A stretch of 64,000 nucleotides of DNA from the NCBI GenBank assembly GCA_963823035.1, contig CAWGKG010000004.1, positions 96,001 through 160,000 of the forward strand, read 5' to 3'. The notes beneath the pieces are model-generated. The model saw only the letters and a program-made list of their open reading frames with translations. It had not been told where the DNA came from and made no database searches. A program made the position numbers and the translations under genes. Of this stretch, positions 50,832-62,423 are shown piece after piece. Position 1 is the stretch's first letter, and every line of letters begins with the position of its first letter. The stretch comes from an uncultured Gemmatimonadales bacterium (GTDB taxonomy: Bacteria; Gemmatimonadota; Gemmatimonadetes; Longimicrobiales; Gaopeijiaceae).

Positions 50832-52535
50832 CTTTCCCAATCCTCGACGTCGAACGAACGGGGAGCCCTGGCCTGGCCGGGATCGCTCGCGGGCAGGCTC
50901 GCGACCCTTCTGACGGGCTTCATCCTGATCGCGACCGTGGCGGTCGTGGTCCGCGAATATCGCGTCGGTGGGGAGCGGCTGGTAGCCGAGACGGAGCGCA
51001 TCCTGGCTCAGCGCGCGAGCGTCGCCGCCGATCGGCTCGAGGGATCGCTCGCGGAGCGTCAACGCCTGGTGGCCCTGTGGGCGACGCTCGAGACGTCCCA
51101 GGACCTCGCGGTCGACGATGTGGACAAGCGCGTCTCCCGATCTCTCGAGGACCTCGCCTCCGCCCTGGGCGGCGGCACGGAGGCCATCGCGATGCGCTCG
51201 GGCGGCCGCCTCCTGTCGGCGTCCGACCCGACGCGACTCGGGGACGCGCCCCCGGTCCTTCCCCCCTGGGTGGAGGCCGCACTCCGCCGCCCCGACGCGG
51301 GGATGACCCTCGCCGCATCGCCTCCCCCGGGGGCGGTGGTCGCCACGGCGGACGTGATCTCCAACGTGGACGGGAGCGTCCTGGGCAGGATCGTCGTGTG
51401 GACGCCGCTCGCCCGCTTCCTGTCGACCGCGATCCCGCTGGAGCTGGCGACCACGGCCCTCACCACGCTCGACGGCGTGGCGCTCGCGCGGGGCCACGAT
51501 CTCGCGGGACCGCAGGACGGCTACCTGTGGGCCCGCGACACCGCGCGCACGGTGGGGGGACCGGTCCAGGTGGCGGCCGGACGGAGCCGTGCCGAGCTGA
51601 GCACCTCGCTGCGCGCGTCCGGACGCCAGCTCGTGACGCTCGCGGGGCTGTTCCTCCTCCTCGCGCTCCCCGCGGCCCTCCTGGTGGTGGGGTCGGGCAC
51701 CTCGGGGCTGCGGCGGCTCACCCGCGCGGCCCGCGAGCTCGACGCCCGCCATCCCGCCCCGCTGCCGCCGGTCTCGGCCTGGGCCCCGGCCGAGGTGCGC
51801 GTCCTCGGGGACGCGATGGAGAGCATGGTCGAGCGGCTCGAGCGCGCTCGCGAGGAGCTGGCGCGCAGCGAGTCCCTCGCGGCCGTCGGCATGCTCACGA
51901 AGAGCCTGGCCCACGAGATCCGCACGCCGCTCTCCGTCTTGAGGGCGGGCACCGAGATGCTCCAGCGCTCCGCGCAGGCGGGCCCCCGGGAGCGCGAGGT
52001 CGGAGAGATGCTCCAGGCCGAGGTCGAGCGGCTGTCGCGCCTGGTCGACGACCTCCTCGTGTTCGGGCGACCCTCGCCGCCCGACCCGCGTGCCGTGGAC
52101 CTGGCGGACGTTGCGACCGACGCTTTGGTGGCGCTCGGCAGCGACGCCGCCGAGAACGGGGTGGACGTGACCTTCGAGGGCGAGCCCGCCCCCCTGCGCG
52201 CCGATCCCGACCAGCTCCGCCAGGTGGTGATCAACCTGGTCACGAACGGGGTGCGCGCCTGCCAGCGCGGCGGGACAGTGCGGGTGCGCACCCGGCCGGA
52301 CGGCGCCTGGGCCGTTCTCGAGGTCGAGGACGACGGTGTGGGGATCCCGGCCGATCGTCTCGACGACATCTGGAAGCCCCTCGTGACCACGCACCGGTCC
52401 GGGTCGGGGCTGGGGCTTCCCATCGTGAAGCAGTTGGTGGAAGCTCATGGAGGGCGCGTGGAAGTGCACAGCGTCCAGAACGAGGGGACGCGCATGCGGG
52501 TGATCCTACCCACCGAAGCAGCGGAGCAGGCATGA
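50823..52535 (+). CDS. Membrane sensor histidine kinase (HAMP-HisKA-HATPase)
   Basis: Two TMs, LAHEIRTPL, QVVINLVTNG, DDGVGI and GSGLGL. Start uncertain. Confidence 0.93.
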   Translation: MQHLSQSSTSNERGALAWPGSLAGRLATLLTGFILIATVAVVVREYRVGGERLVAETERILAQRASVAADRLEGSLAERQRLVALWATLETSQDLAVDDVDKRVSRSLEDLASALGGGTEAIAMRSGGRLLSASDPTRLGDAPPVLPPWVEAALRRPDAGMTLAASPPPGAVVATADVISNVDGSVLGRIVVWTPLARFLSTAIPLELATTALTTLDGVALARGHDLAGPQDGYLWARDTARTVGGPVQVAAGRSRAELSTSLRASGRQLVTLAGLFLLLALPAALLVVGSGTSGLRRLTRAARELDARHPAPLPPVSAWAPAEVRVLGDAMESMVERLERAREELARSESLAAVGMLTKSLAHEIRTPLSVLRAGTEMLQRSAQAGPREREVGEMLQAEVERLSRLVDDLLVFGRPSPPDPRAVDLADVATDALVALGSDAAENGVDVTFEGEPAPLRADPDQLRQVVINLVTNGVRACQRGGTVRVRTRPDGAWAVLEVEDDGVGIPADRLDDIWKPLVTTHRSGSGLGLPIVKQLVEAHGGRVEVHSVQNEGTRMRVILPTEAAEQA

Positions 52536-53861
52536 GTGAGACCGTGCTCGTCGTCGACGACGAGCCCCGAATCCGTCGGATCGTGGAGATGGCGCTCGGC
52601 GACCGGGGCTATCGGGTGCTGACGGCGCCATCGGCCGAGAGTGCGCAGGACATCCTCGACCGGGAGCGCGTGGACGCGGTGGTCACCGACCTGCAGCTCC
52701 CCGGGCGCTCGGGGCTGGAGCTGCTGTCGGACATCCGCCGCAAGGACCGCGGCCTCCCCGTGATCCTGATCACGGCGTACGGCACGGTCGAGAGCGCGGT
52801 CGAGGCGATCAAGGCCGGAGCCTTCGACTACGTCCTGAAGCCGTTCGGGGTCGACGAGTTGGAGGCGCTCGTGGAGCGGGCGCTTGGACGCCCGCCCGGG
52901 CCCGCGGGACCGCGCTGCCGAGGGGCCGTCCGCGGAGCTGGACGGCGTGGTGGCCGAGAGCCCGGAGATGAAGAAGGTCATGGCGATGGTTCGCCAGGTG
53001 GCCGGTGTGCCGACGACCGTTCTCGTCACCGGGGAGACCGGGGTGGGGAAGGAGGTGGTGGCGCAGGCGATCCACGCGGGCTCCCCCAGGGGCGACCGGC
53101 CGTTCGTGGCCGTGAACTGCGCGGCGATCCCCGGAGAGCTGCTGGAAGCGGAACTGTTCGGGGTCTCCCGGGGCGCCTACACGGGCGCCGTGAAGGATCG
53201 GCCGGGCAAGCTGGAGGTCGCCGACGGAGGCACGCTCTTCCTCGACGAGATCGGAGACATGCCTTCGGCGCTTCAACCCAAGCTCCTGCGGGTCCTGCAG
53301 GAGGGAACCGTGGAGCGCCTGGGCTCCAACGTGGCCCGGAAGGTGGACGTGCGTGTGGTCGCGGCCACCCATCAGGACCTCGCGTCGCTCGTTCGCGACG
53401 GGCGTTTCCGCGAGGACCTCTTCTACCGCATCAACGTCTTTCCGATCCACGTGCCGGCGCTGCGCGAGCGGCCCGAGGACGTGGACGCGCTGGTCCACCA
53501 CGCGCTCGCCCGCTTCGACGAGCGTCTCGGAACGCACGCGACGATCTCCGACGGCGCGATGGAGTCGCTGCGCACACGCTCGTGGCCGGGGAACGTGCGT
53601 GAGCTGATGAACGTCCTCGAACGTGCCGTGCTCCTCTCGGAGAACGGAGCCATCGAGCGCATCGAAGCCCCGGCGGCCGCCGGAGGGCCGGCCGGCGGCG
53701 GTGGCGTGCTGGCGCTCAGCGACGCGGTCGCCCGCGCCGAGCGCGCGGCGATCCAGGCCGCGCTCGAGCGCACGGGTGACAACAAGGCCCAGGCCGCGAA
53801 GCTCCTGGGGGTGAGCGTGCGGACGCTCTTCTACAAGCTGGAGAAGCTCGGCCTGAAGTGA
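52532..53861 (+). CDS. Sigma-54-dependent response regulator (NtrC family), frameshift near 52890
   Basis: REC domain (VVDDE, TDLQLP), GETGVGKE, GAYTGA, FLDEIG, WPGNVREL and Fis HTH. Confidence 0.93.
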
Positions 53862-53875
53862 GGGTGTGGCGGGAC

Positions 53876-54359
53876 TCACCCCCGCGGATGGATCGTCAGC
53901 GTTCCGGCCGTGGCATCGTAGTCGATCGGATACGTGCGCAGGGCGGAGGTACGGGTCCCCCCCGTCCAGTGCCCGTCGTCGGCGAAGCGCGCTCCGTGGA
54001 TGGGGCACACGAACTCGCTGCCGGTCCACTGGACGGTCCCTCCCTGATGCGTGCAGATGAGGGAGAGCGCGGTGTAGCTGCCACCGCCGAGGTTGGCCAC
54101 GGCCACCGGCGGGCTCACGCCGGAGAGGCGGGCGACGCCGCCCGCCTGCCCCAGGGCCGGGTAGTCCGCCAGGTTCACGGTCACGTCCGAGTTGATGGAC
54201 GGTCCCGTGAGCGAGTCCGTGACGCTGCACGCCCCCGCGCCGGCCAGGAGGGCCAGCGCGGCGAGGCGCACGCTCTGCTCGAAGAACCCCCGCCGGTCGA
54301 TGCGTGTCGCCGTCGTCGAGCATGGGGAGGGGAAGGCGGGGGGAGAGGGCGGGATCCAT
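53876..54359 (-). CDS. Tat-exported Rieske [2Fe-2S] lipoprotein (N-terminal frameshift)
   Basis: DRRGFF Tat motif, AGAC lipobox, CTHQG and CPIHG boxes. Confidence 0.85.
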
Positions 54360-54391
54360 GGTGGTCTCCGTGCTGCGGCTTCGGGGAGGCT

Positions 54392-54931
54392 TCAGGGGGT
54401 CTGGACCGCGGCGGAGGTCCAACCCGCCGGGTCGTCGTCGCTGTGGTATACGGTGTCCGGATCGACCACCACCTCGCTCCCTTCGAGCGAGATGCCGAGG
54501 CGGTCCATGTTGCGGGTCGCCCGGCCCTTCTTGTACACGCCGGTGGGCGAGTACTCCGAGTGGTGCTTGGTGCATTGGAAGATCCCGTCGTCCTCGCGCC
54601 AGCGGAGGAGGGACCGCTGGTGGGGGCAGGAGAGCGCGAAGGCGGCGACGGTGCCCTGGTAGCGCACGAGGATCACCTCGTTGCCCCGGTCCACGTCCAC
54701 GCCGTCCGCGGTGGGCAGCGGGTAGCGGAGGGGTCCACCCGAGCCGGCGGCGCGGATCCAGCGGATGGGGGTCGCGCCCGCCACCGAGGCGGGGAGGACT
54801 GCCGCGACGGCCGCGGCCACCGCCGCGCCCATGCCCACCCTGAAGAACTCGCGCCGGCTCGGGCAGGAGCCGCATCCCTCGCACTCGGTGCCGGTCGTCG
54901 TCCCGACGGTGGTCAGCTTCATTTCGCTCAT
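54392..54931 (-). CDS. Tat-exported Rieske [2Fe-2S] protein
   Basis: SRREFF Tat motif, CPHQ and CTKH boxes, GRATRNMDR. Confidence 0.85.
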   Translation of the reverse strand: MSEMKLTTVGTTTGTECEGCGSCPSRREFFRVGMGAAVAAAVAAVLPASVAGATPIRWIRAAGSGGPLRYPLPTADGVDVDRGNEVILVRYQGTVAAFALSCPHQRSLLRWREDDGIFQCTKHHSEYSPTGVYKKGRATRNMDRLGISLEGSEVVVDPDTVYHSDDDPAGWTSAAVQTP

Positions 54932-54968
54932 ATCGGTTCTGCGGCCAGGTCGATCGCTCGCCGGCCGC

Positions 54969-55469
54969 TCATGCGTACATGGTGATGGCGACGCCGCCGA
55001 GTACGGAAAGCCCCCACAGCCCAGCGCTGCGGACGGCGGCGCGGCGCAGTCCGCGGAAGGCGCCGTCGCTCGTGGGGTCGGCCAGCAGCCGCTCCCCGGA
55101 GCGCTTCAACGTCAGGCCGTTGGCGAGGAGGAGGAGCACCGTGACCATCTTCGCCCAGTAGATCCACGAGACCAGGAAGACCGTCGGGTCGGCCAGGGTG
55201 AGCGCGACGCCGCTCGTGAGCACGACCATGAGTCCGAGGATGACGGCGTTGTGGGACTGGTGCAGCTCCCTGGCGAGGTCGCCGCGCTCGAGCCCCTTGG
55301 CGCGCGCGGTGCGAAACACGGCGCGGTCGAGCGTGAAGGCCAGCCCCCCGGCCGCGACCATCCCTCCGAGGTGGAGGAACATGACGGTGGTCTCGATGCC
55401 GGCCGAGGAGCCGTAGAAGTCGACCCACGGCTGGGCGACCTGGGCGATGGCGTCCAGCAGGTGCTGCAT
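54969..55469 (-). CDS. Four-TM membrane protein (DUF6644/CopD-like)
   Basis: FLHLGG, SG..L and YWAKM..LLLANG pattern. Confidence 0.65.
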   Translation of the reverse strand: MQHLLDAIAQVAQPWVDFYGSSAGIETTVMFLHLGGMVAAGGLAFTLDRAVFRTARAKGLERGDLARELHQSHNAVILGLMVVLTSGVALTLADPTVFLVSWIYWAKMVTVLLLLANGLTLKRSGERLLADPTSDGAFRGLRRAAVRSAGLWGLSVLGGVAITMYA

Positions 55470-56125
55470 CAGTTCCTCCCGAAGATCGGAAGCATGATCG
55501 CGTAGCTCAGGAGGGCCGTGCCCATCGAGGCGATCGCGATGTTGCGGTGGTTCTTGTTCGTCACGGGTCCCTGGTAGCCGCCATGCTCGTTCTCGCTCTC
55601 CTTCGCGGTCATGCCGGTGGCCACGAAGCCGGCGTCCGCCAGGAGCATGAGCACCGAGTGCAGCGTGCGTCGGTTGCGTCCCTCCGGGTCCTTCCGCGCC
55701 TCGATCAGGTTCAGCCCGCCCGTGATCGTGTTGACCGCGAAGAGGCCGGCCACGCTGGCGGCGAGCACGCCGTGGACGCCGCGCAGGCTGCCGTCGCCGT
55801 TCTGGAGCTTCTGCCCCACGACGTACTGGCCCGCGAAGAGCGGCAACGTGAGGTAGCTCGCCCACCGGTGGATGGTGAGGCGGGTGAAGTAGGCGTCGCT
55901 GTATTCGACGAGCTGCGGCGCGGGATCGTCGTCCGCCGGCGCGCCGATGGAGATGCGTGACGGTTCGACGAGGGAGAACCCTCCCGCCGCGACGGGAACA
56001 GGGCTCGTCAGGGATACGTGAGAGGCCGTAGGCCTGAAGAGCGACGCGGACGGGAGGGTGTCGCGTGCTGGAACGAGGCTCGGGCCCTGCACGAGGGCGC
56101 CGAGGAGTGCCAGGGTGAACAGCAT
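55469..56125 (-). CDS. Membrane protein with four helix-N-terminal His residues (possible heme-b protein)
   Basis: Signal-like N-terminus. His in TIHRW, GVHGV, TLHSV and NHRNI, each preceding a hydrophobic helix. Confidence 0.6.
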   Translation of the reverse strand: MLFTLALLGALVQGPSLVPARDTLPSASLFRPTASHVSLTSPVPVAAGGFSLVEPSRISIGAPADDDPAPQLVEYSDAYFTRLTIHRWASYLTLPLFAGQYVVGQKLQNGDGSLRGVHGVLAASVAGLFAVNTITGGLNLIEARKDPEGRNRRTLHSVLMLLADAGFVATGMTAKESENEHGGYQGPVTNKNHRNIAIASMGTALLSYAIMLPIFGRN

Positions 56126-56178
56126 GAGGTCGAGCCCTCCGGGATCACGAGCGTGATGGTACACGGATGATCCGGTGG

Positions 56179-56193
56179 GCAAGGCGCGGGCCA
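56179..56193 (-). promoter_or_regulatory. Sigma-54 -24/-12 promoter
   Basis: Minus strand TGGCCCG-CGCC-TTGC, one mismatch to consensus, 54 bp upstream of the ATG at 56125. Confidence 0.75.
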
Positions 56194-56209
56194 CGGCCCA
56201 CGCACCGGC

Positions 56210-56235
56210 TTAAGATCAAGAAATATAGTGGGTTA
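56210..56235. promoter_or_regulatory. AT-rich IHF-like bending site
   Basis: TTAAGATCAAGAAATATAGTGGGTTA resembles WATCAA-N4-TTR and lies just upstream of the sigma-54 promoter. Confidence 0.5.
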
Positions 56236-56433
56236 CGGGATGCAGTGGGGGCGTCGATCCGGACGGGTGGCGCGCAAGCTACTGCGTGGTTGCGCGGCCG
56301 CTTGCACGCTGCGGAGCCCGCCTTGCTGCGGCGCCGCCGGCGAGGCAGGTTGACCCCCTGTGGGCTCGCCACCCTCCGCACACCCAGGGGGGGGCGCGAC
56401 GTTCCCAACCCCATCGACGACGAGGTTCGCTCC

Positions 56434-58122
56434 ATGGATTCCGACGCACCCGCCAGGGAAGGCCGCTCTCTCGACCGCCGCGACTTCGTGAGGGTGTCGG
56501 GGCTGGGGGCGGCCGCGCTCGCCGCCGGCTGCGCGCCGCCCCGGGAGGAGGCCACGCGCGTGGAGTCCGGGGCCCCCCGCGACGAGTGGTGGACGACGCA
56601 GCCGTTCGAGCTCGAGGAGCAGACGCTCGCGCAGCTCCGGGAGGGGATGGAGTCCGGGCGGTGGACGGCCGCCAGGATCGCCCAGCTGTACCTCGACCGC
56701 ATCGAGACTGGTCGACCGGAAGGGACCCATGCTGCGCGCGGTGATCGAGACCAACCCCGAGGCGCTGGACATCGCCACGCGCCTCGACGCCGAGCGACGG
56801 GACGGGACGGCGCGCGGCCCGGTGCACGGTGTGCCCATCCTGGTGAAGGACAACATCGACACGGCCGACCGCATGATGACCACGGCGGGCTCGCGGGCGC
56901 TCGAGGGGCACCACGCCGCCCAGGACAGCTTCGTCGCGAAGAAGCTCCGCGAAGCCGGCGCGATCATCCTCGGCAAGGCCAACCTCAGCGAGTGGGCGAA
57001 CTTCCGCTCCACGAGCTCCACCTCCGGATGGAGCGGGCGCGGAGGGCAGTGTGGCAACCCGTACGCGGTCGACCGGAATCCGTGCGGATCCTCGTCCGGG
57101 TCGGGCGCGGGCGTGTCGGCCAACTTCTGCGGCGCGGCCATCGGCACGGAGACCAACGGCTCGATCGTATGCCCGTCATCGATCAACGGAGTGGTGGGCA
57201 TCAAGCCGACCGTGGGCCTGGTCAGCCGCGCGGGCATCGTCCCCATCGCCCACTCGCAGGACACGGCCGGGCCGATGGCGCGGACGGTGGCCGACGCGGC
57301 CACCGTGCTCGGCGCCCTCACCGGCGCGGATCCGCGTGATCCGGCGACGGCCGACTCCGAAGGCCACGCGTACGAGGACTATCTCCAGTTCCTCGACGCC
57401 GACGGGCTCGGGGGGGCACGCATCGGCGTGGACCGCTCCACCTTCGGCGCGGACCCGAGGGTGGACGAGCTCATGGAGCAGGCGCTGCGCGTGATGGCCT
57501 CCGCCGGCGCGACGATCGTGGATCCGGCGGAGATCACGACGCGGCGCGAGGCGGGGCGCGCGTCGTACACGGTGCTGCTCTACGAGTTCAAGTCGGACCT
57601 GAACGCCTACCTGACGGAGCACGGCGACGCCGAACGGCATGGGCGTCGCTCGCCGACCTCATCGCCTTCAACCAGGCGGACCACGAGCGCGAGATGCCGT
57701 TCTTCGGCCAGGAGATCATGCTCCGCGCGCAGGAGCTGGGCGACCTGGATTCGGCGGAGTACCGCGACGCGCTCGCGACGATGCGTCGGCTCTCACGCGA
57801 CGAGGGCATCGACAAGGTGATGGAGGAGCATCGCCTGGACGCGCTCGTCGCGCCCACCACGCGCGCGGCATGGCTGACCGACCTGGTCAACCACGACGGC
57901 TCGAGCGCGGGCAGCTCGGGGGCGGCCGCCATCGCCGGATACCCCAGCATCACCGTGCCCAACGGGTACGTCATGGGGCTCCCGGTCGGCGTCCTCTTCT
58001 TCGGGCGCGCATGGAGCGAGCCGACGCTGATCCGGCTCGCCTACGCGTACGAGCAGCTCACGCGGCATCGCGTCGCGCCGAAGCTCCCGCGCACGCTCGG
58101 ATTGCGCGACGCCATCACGTAG
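56434..58122 (+). CDS. Tat-exported amidase (amidase-signature family), frameshifts near 56710 and 57640
   Basis: DRRDFV Tat motif, VKDNI, GKANLSEWANFRS, GSSSGS, GTETNGSI and GYPSITVP. Confidence 0.92.
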
Positions 58123-58135
58123 GGAAAAGCCCTAC
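58119..58135. promoter_or_regulatory. Palindrome GTAGGG-N5-CCCTAC upstream of the M16 peptidase pair
   Basis: Perfect 6-bp inverted repeat at the start of the intergenic region. Confidence 0.4.
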
Positions 58136-58296
58136 ACCAGGGCGTGGTCCCTCCCCGATGGCGGGGGCCCCGCCCCCTCGTAGCTTCGGAGCGTGGTCCC
58201 TGCCCGCCGCGCCCGTGGGGGAGGTGTCTCCGACGTCTCGGGATACCGACCGGGAGAGGGGTGCGGCCGTCATCCATCGCACAGCGAGAGTGAGCC

Positions 58297-59646
<1,350 letters not shown>

Positions 59647-59648
59647 CC

Positions 59649-61187
59649 ATGAAGACCTTCGCACTCGTTGCCGCCCTCGGGATCGCGGTCGGCGTGGCGC
59701 CGGCCTGCACGGGCGACGGATCCTCGCCGAAAGGAACCCTGACGCTCGCCGAGCCCGGCTCGCCCTTCGTCGCCGTCGACGTGTGGGTGGAGGCGGGCTC
59801 GCAGAACGACCCCGCCGGGAAGGAGGGGTTGGCCTACCTGACGGCACAACTCCTGTCGGACGGCGCGACCCAGCAGGACAGCTACCAGGCCATCCTGGAG
59901 AAGCTCTATCCCATGGCCGCCGGCTACGGCGCGTCCGTGGACAAGGAGATGACGGTCTTCCAGGGCGTGGTGCACGTGGACAACCTGGAGGCCTGGTACG
60001 ACCTCTTCCGCAACGCCCTCCTGAGCCCGGCCTTCTCGGAGGACGACTTCAACCGGGTGAAGGCGCAACTGCTCAACTACGTCGAGCGCGGGCGCCGCTT
60101 CAACCGCGACGAGGAGCTGTCGAAGGAGCTCCTCTACTGGATGGCGTACCAGGGCACACCCTACGCGCACCCTGTGGAGGGGTACGTGGAATCGGTGCGC
60201 TCGATCACGCTCGACGACGTCCGGGACTTCTACGCCCGCTTCTACGCGCGCAACAACGTGGTCGTGGCGGTCGGGGGCGGCTATCCCGACGGCTTCGTGG
60301 AGCGCGTGCGCGCGGACATGGACGGCCTTCCCGAGGTCACCGTGCAGCCCGTGGAGGCGTCGCGGCCCGCCATGCCCGACGGCGTGAAGGTCCTCATCGT
60401 CGAGAAGCAGACCGACGCGTCGTCGATCTCGATGGGCTTCCCGATCCCGCTGCTGCGCGGAGACTCCGACTTCATCGCGATGAGCCTGGTGAACGCCTGG
60501 TTCGGCGAGCACCGCAGCTCCTTCAGCCACCTCTACCAGGTCATCCGCGAGAAACGCGGGATGAACTACGGGGACTACAGCTACATCGAGCCCTTCCCCC
60601 GTGGCTACGCCACGCAGCAACGCCCCGTGAACTACGGGCGGCGCAGCAACCTCTTCGAGATCTGGATCCGACCGATCTCGGGGACGGGCCCGGACGACCT
60701 GCACGACCGCACGCTGTTCGCGACGCGGGCGGCGTGGCGCGAGCTGGATGCCCTGGTGAAGAACGGGTTGCCGGCGGACCAGGTCGAGCGCGCGCGCCTG
60801 TACCTGCACAACTTCTCCGTCACGTACGGCTCCACGGTGTCGCGGCGCCTGGCGTTCCGGATCGACGACGCCTACTTCGGGCTGCCCGATCCCGGTTATC
60901 TGGCTTCGATCCGCCCCGGGCTCGCGGCGCTGACGCCCGCATCGGTGAAGGCGGCGATCGACCGCAACCTGCAGAGCACGGACATGTGGGTGGTGTTCGT
61001 GACCGCGGACGCGGAGGCCTTGGCGGCCAAGCTGTTGTCGGGGGAGCCGACGTACATCCGCTACCAGGGTGAGCAGCCGCCCGAGATCGTCTCCGAGGAC
61101 GAGGCGATCGCGAGCTTCCCGATCCCCCTCACGGCGGACGATATCACGATCGTTCCGGTGCAGGAGGTCTTCGAGCGCGGTAGCTGA
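59649..61187 (+). CDS. M16B peptidase, non-catalytic partner subunit
   Basis: GS.NDP.GKEGLA without HxxEH, plus LYQVIREKRGMNYG. Confidence 0.9.
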   Translation: MKTFALVAALGIAVGVAPACTGDGSSPKGTLTLAEPGSPFVAVDVWVEAGSQNDPAGKEGLAYLTAQLLSDGATQQDSYQAILEKLYPMAAGYGASVDKEMTVFQGVVHVDNLEAWYDLFRNALLSPAFSEDDFNRVKAQLLNYVERGRRFNRDEELSKELLYWMAYQGTPYAHPVEGYVESVRSITLDDVRDFYARFYARNNVVVAVGGGYPDGFVERVRADMDGLPEVTVQPVEASRPAMPDGVKVLIVEKQTDASSISMGFPIPLLRGDSDFIAMSLVNAWFGEHRSSFSHLYQVIREKRGMNYGDYSYIEPFPRGYATQQRPVNYGRRSNLFEIWIRPISGTGPDDLHDRTLFATRAAWRELDALVKNGLPADQVERARLYLHNFSVTYGSTVSRRLAFRIDDAYFGLPDPGYLASIRPGLAALTPASVKAAIDRNLQSTDMWVVFVTADAEALAAKLLSGEPTYIRYQGEQPPEIVSEDEAIASFPIPLTADDITIVPVQEVFERGS

Positions 61188-61280
61188 GGACATGGGGGGG
61201 CGTCGCTCGGCGCCCCCCCATCGCCTCGCGGTCGTTTCCGAGGCGCTGACAAGCACGCGCGCCCCGACGATATTGCGCGC

Positions 61281-61730
61281 GTGAAGAAAACGATCCTCGT
61301 CTACGGCATCCTGGGCGGCGTCCTGGTCGCGGTGCTCCAGCTCATCGAGTACCGCTTTCTCGTCGTCGAGCACTCCATGGAGATCTACGGGGGGCTGATC
61401 GCGCTCGTCTTCTCCATGGTGGGCATCTGGCTCGGCCTCAAGCTCACGCGCACGAAGGAGACCGTCGTCGTGCGCGAGGTGCCCGTCCCGGTGCCATCCC
61501 AACCCTTCGCGCCGGACGCGGACAGGCTGGCGGAGCTCGGCATCACGCCCCGGGAGCACGAGATCCTCCAGCTGATCGCCGAGGGGCTGAGCAACCGCGA
61601 GATCGCCGAGCGGCTGTTCGTGAGCGAGAACACCGTCAAGACGCACTCCAGCCGGCTGTTCACCAAGCTGGGCGCCAGGCGACGCACGCACGCCGTGTCG
61701 ATCGCGAAGGAGTCCGGGATCCTCCCCTGA
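61281..61730 (+). CDS. Membrane-anchored LuxR-family transcriptional regulator
   Basis: Two N-terminal TM helices, then ITPREHEILQLIAEGLSNREIAERLFVSENTVKTH. Confidence 0.92.
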   Translation: MKKTILVYGILGGVLVAVLQLIEYRFLVVEHSMEIYGGLIALVFSMVGIWLGLKLTRTKETVVVREVPVPVPSQPFAPDADRLAELGITPREHEILQLIAEGLSNREIAERLFVSENTVKTHSSRLFTKLGARRRTHAVSIAKESGILP

Positions 61731-61743
61731 GCGGCCTTTCCCG

Positions 61744-61798
61744 TCCCTCGAAAGGGTGATCTTCGCCGGAGAGTGCGCGGAATCATCCTTTCGGGTGA
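61744..61798. promoter_or_regulatory. Two LuxR/NarL-type palindromic boxes
   Basis: TCCCTC-GAAA-GGGTGA (61744-61759) and TCATCC-TTTC-GGGTGA (61783-61798). Confidence 0.6.
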
Positions 61799-61872
61799 CG
61801 CGCCGACGGCGGATTGGAGCCAGGCTTCGCCCGTACGTTGGAGCGGAAACCCAAGACCGGAGCGCCAGGCCC

Positions 61873-62418
61873 ATGAAGAGAACCGTGTGGACGTTCGGGT
61901 TGATCGCCGGCGGCATCCTGTCGGCCATGATGCTGCTGGTGCTGCCGTTCCAGGACGCCATCGGCTTCGACCGCGGCGCGGTGGTCGGCTACACCACGAT
62001 GGTTCTCGCCTTCCTCCTCGTGCACTTCGGGATCCGGTCCTACCGCGACACGGTCGCCGGCGGCTCCGTCGGCTTCGGACGGGCGTTCGTGGTGGGCGCG
62101 CTCATCGTGGTGGTGGCCTCCGTGTGCTACACGGCCACGTGGGAGGTGGTCTACTTCAAGCTCGCGCCCGACTTCACGGAGAAGTACCAGGCGTACGAGG
62201 TGGAGAAGGCGCGGGAGCGCGGCGCAAGCCAGGCGGCGATCGACGCACGCGTGGCCGAGGTGGAGAAGTTCGGGGCGATGTACGACAACCCCTTCTACAA
62301 CGCGGCGATCACCTTCACCGAGCCGCTGCCCGTGGGGCTCCTCATCGCGCTCGTTTCGGCCGGCGTGCTGCGCCGCAGGCGGAAGGACCCGTCGGCGGGG
62401 GTGACGACGCCGACGTAG
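61873..62418 (+). CDS. DUF4199-domain membrane protein
   Basis: FGIRSYRD...GG...FGRAF..G, PDF.EKY and four TM helices. Confidence 0.88.
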   Translation: MKRTVWTFGLIAGGILSAMMLLVLPFQDAIGFDRGAVVGYTTMVLAFLLVHFGIRSYRDTVAGGSVGFGRAFVVGALIVVVASVCYTATWEVVYFKLAPDFTEKYQAYEVEKARERGASQAAIDARVAEVEKFGAMYDNPFYNAAITFTEPLPVGLLIALVSAGVLRRRRKDPSAGVTTPT

Positions 62419-62423
62419 CTCGC

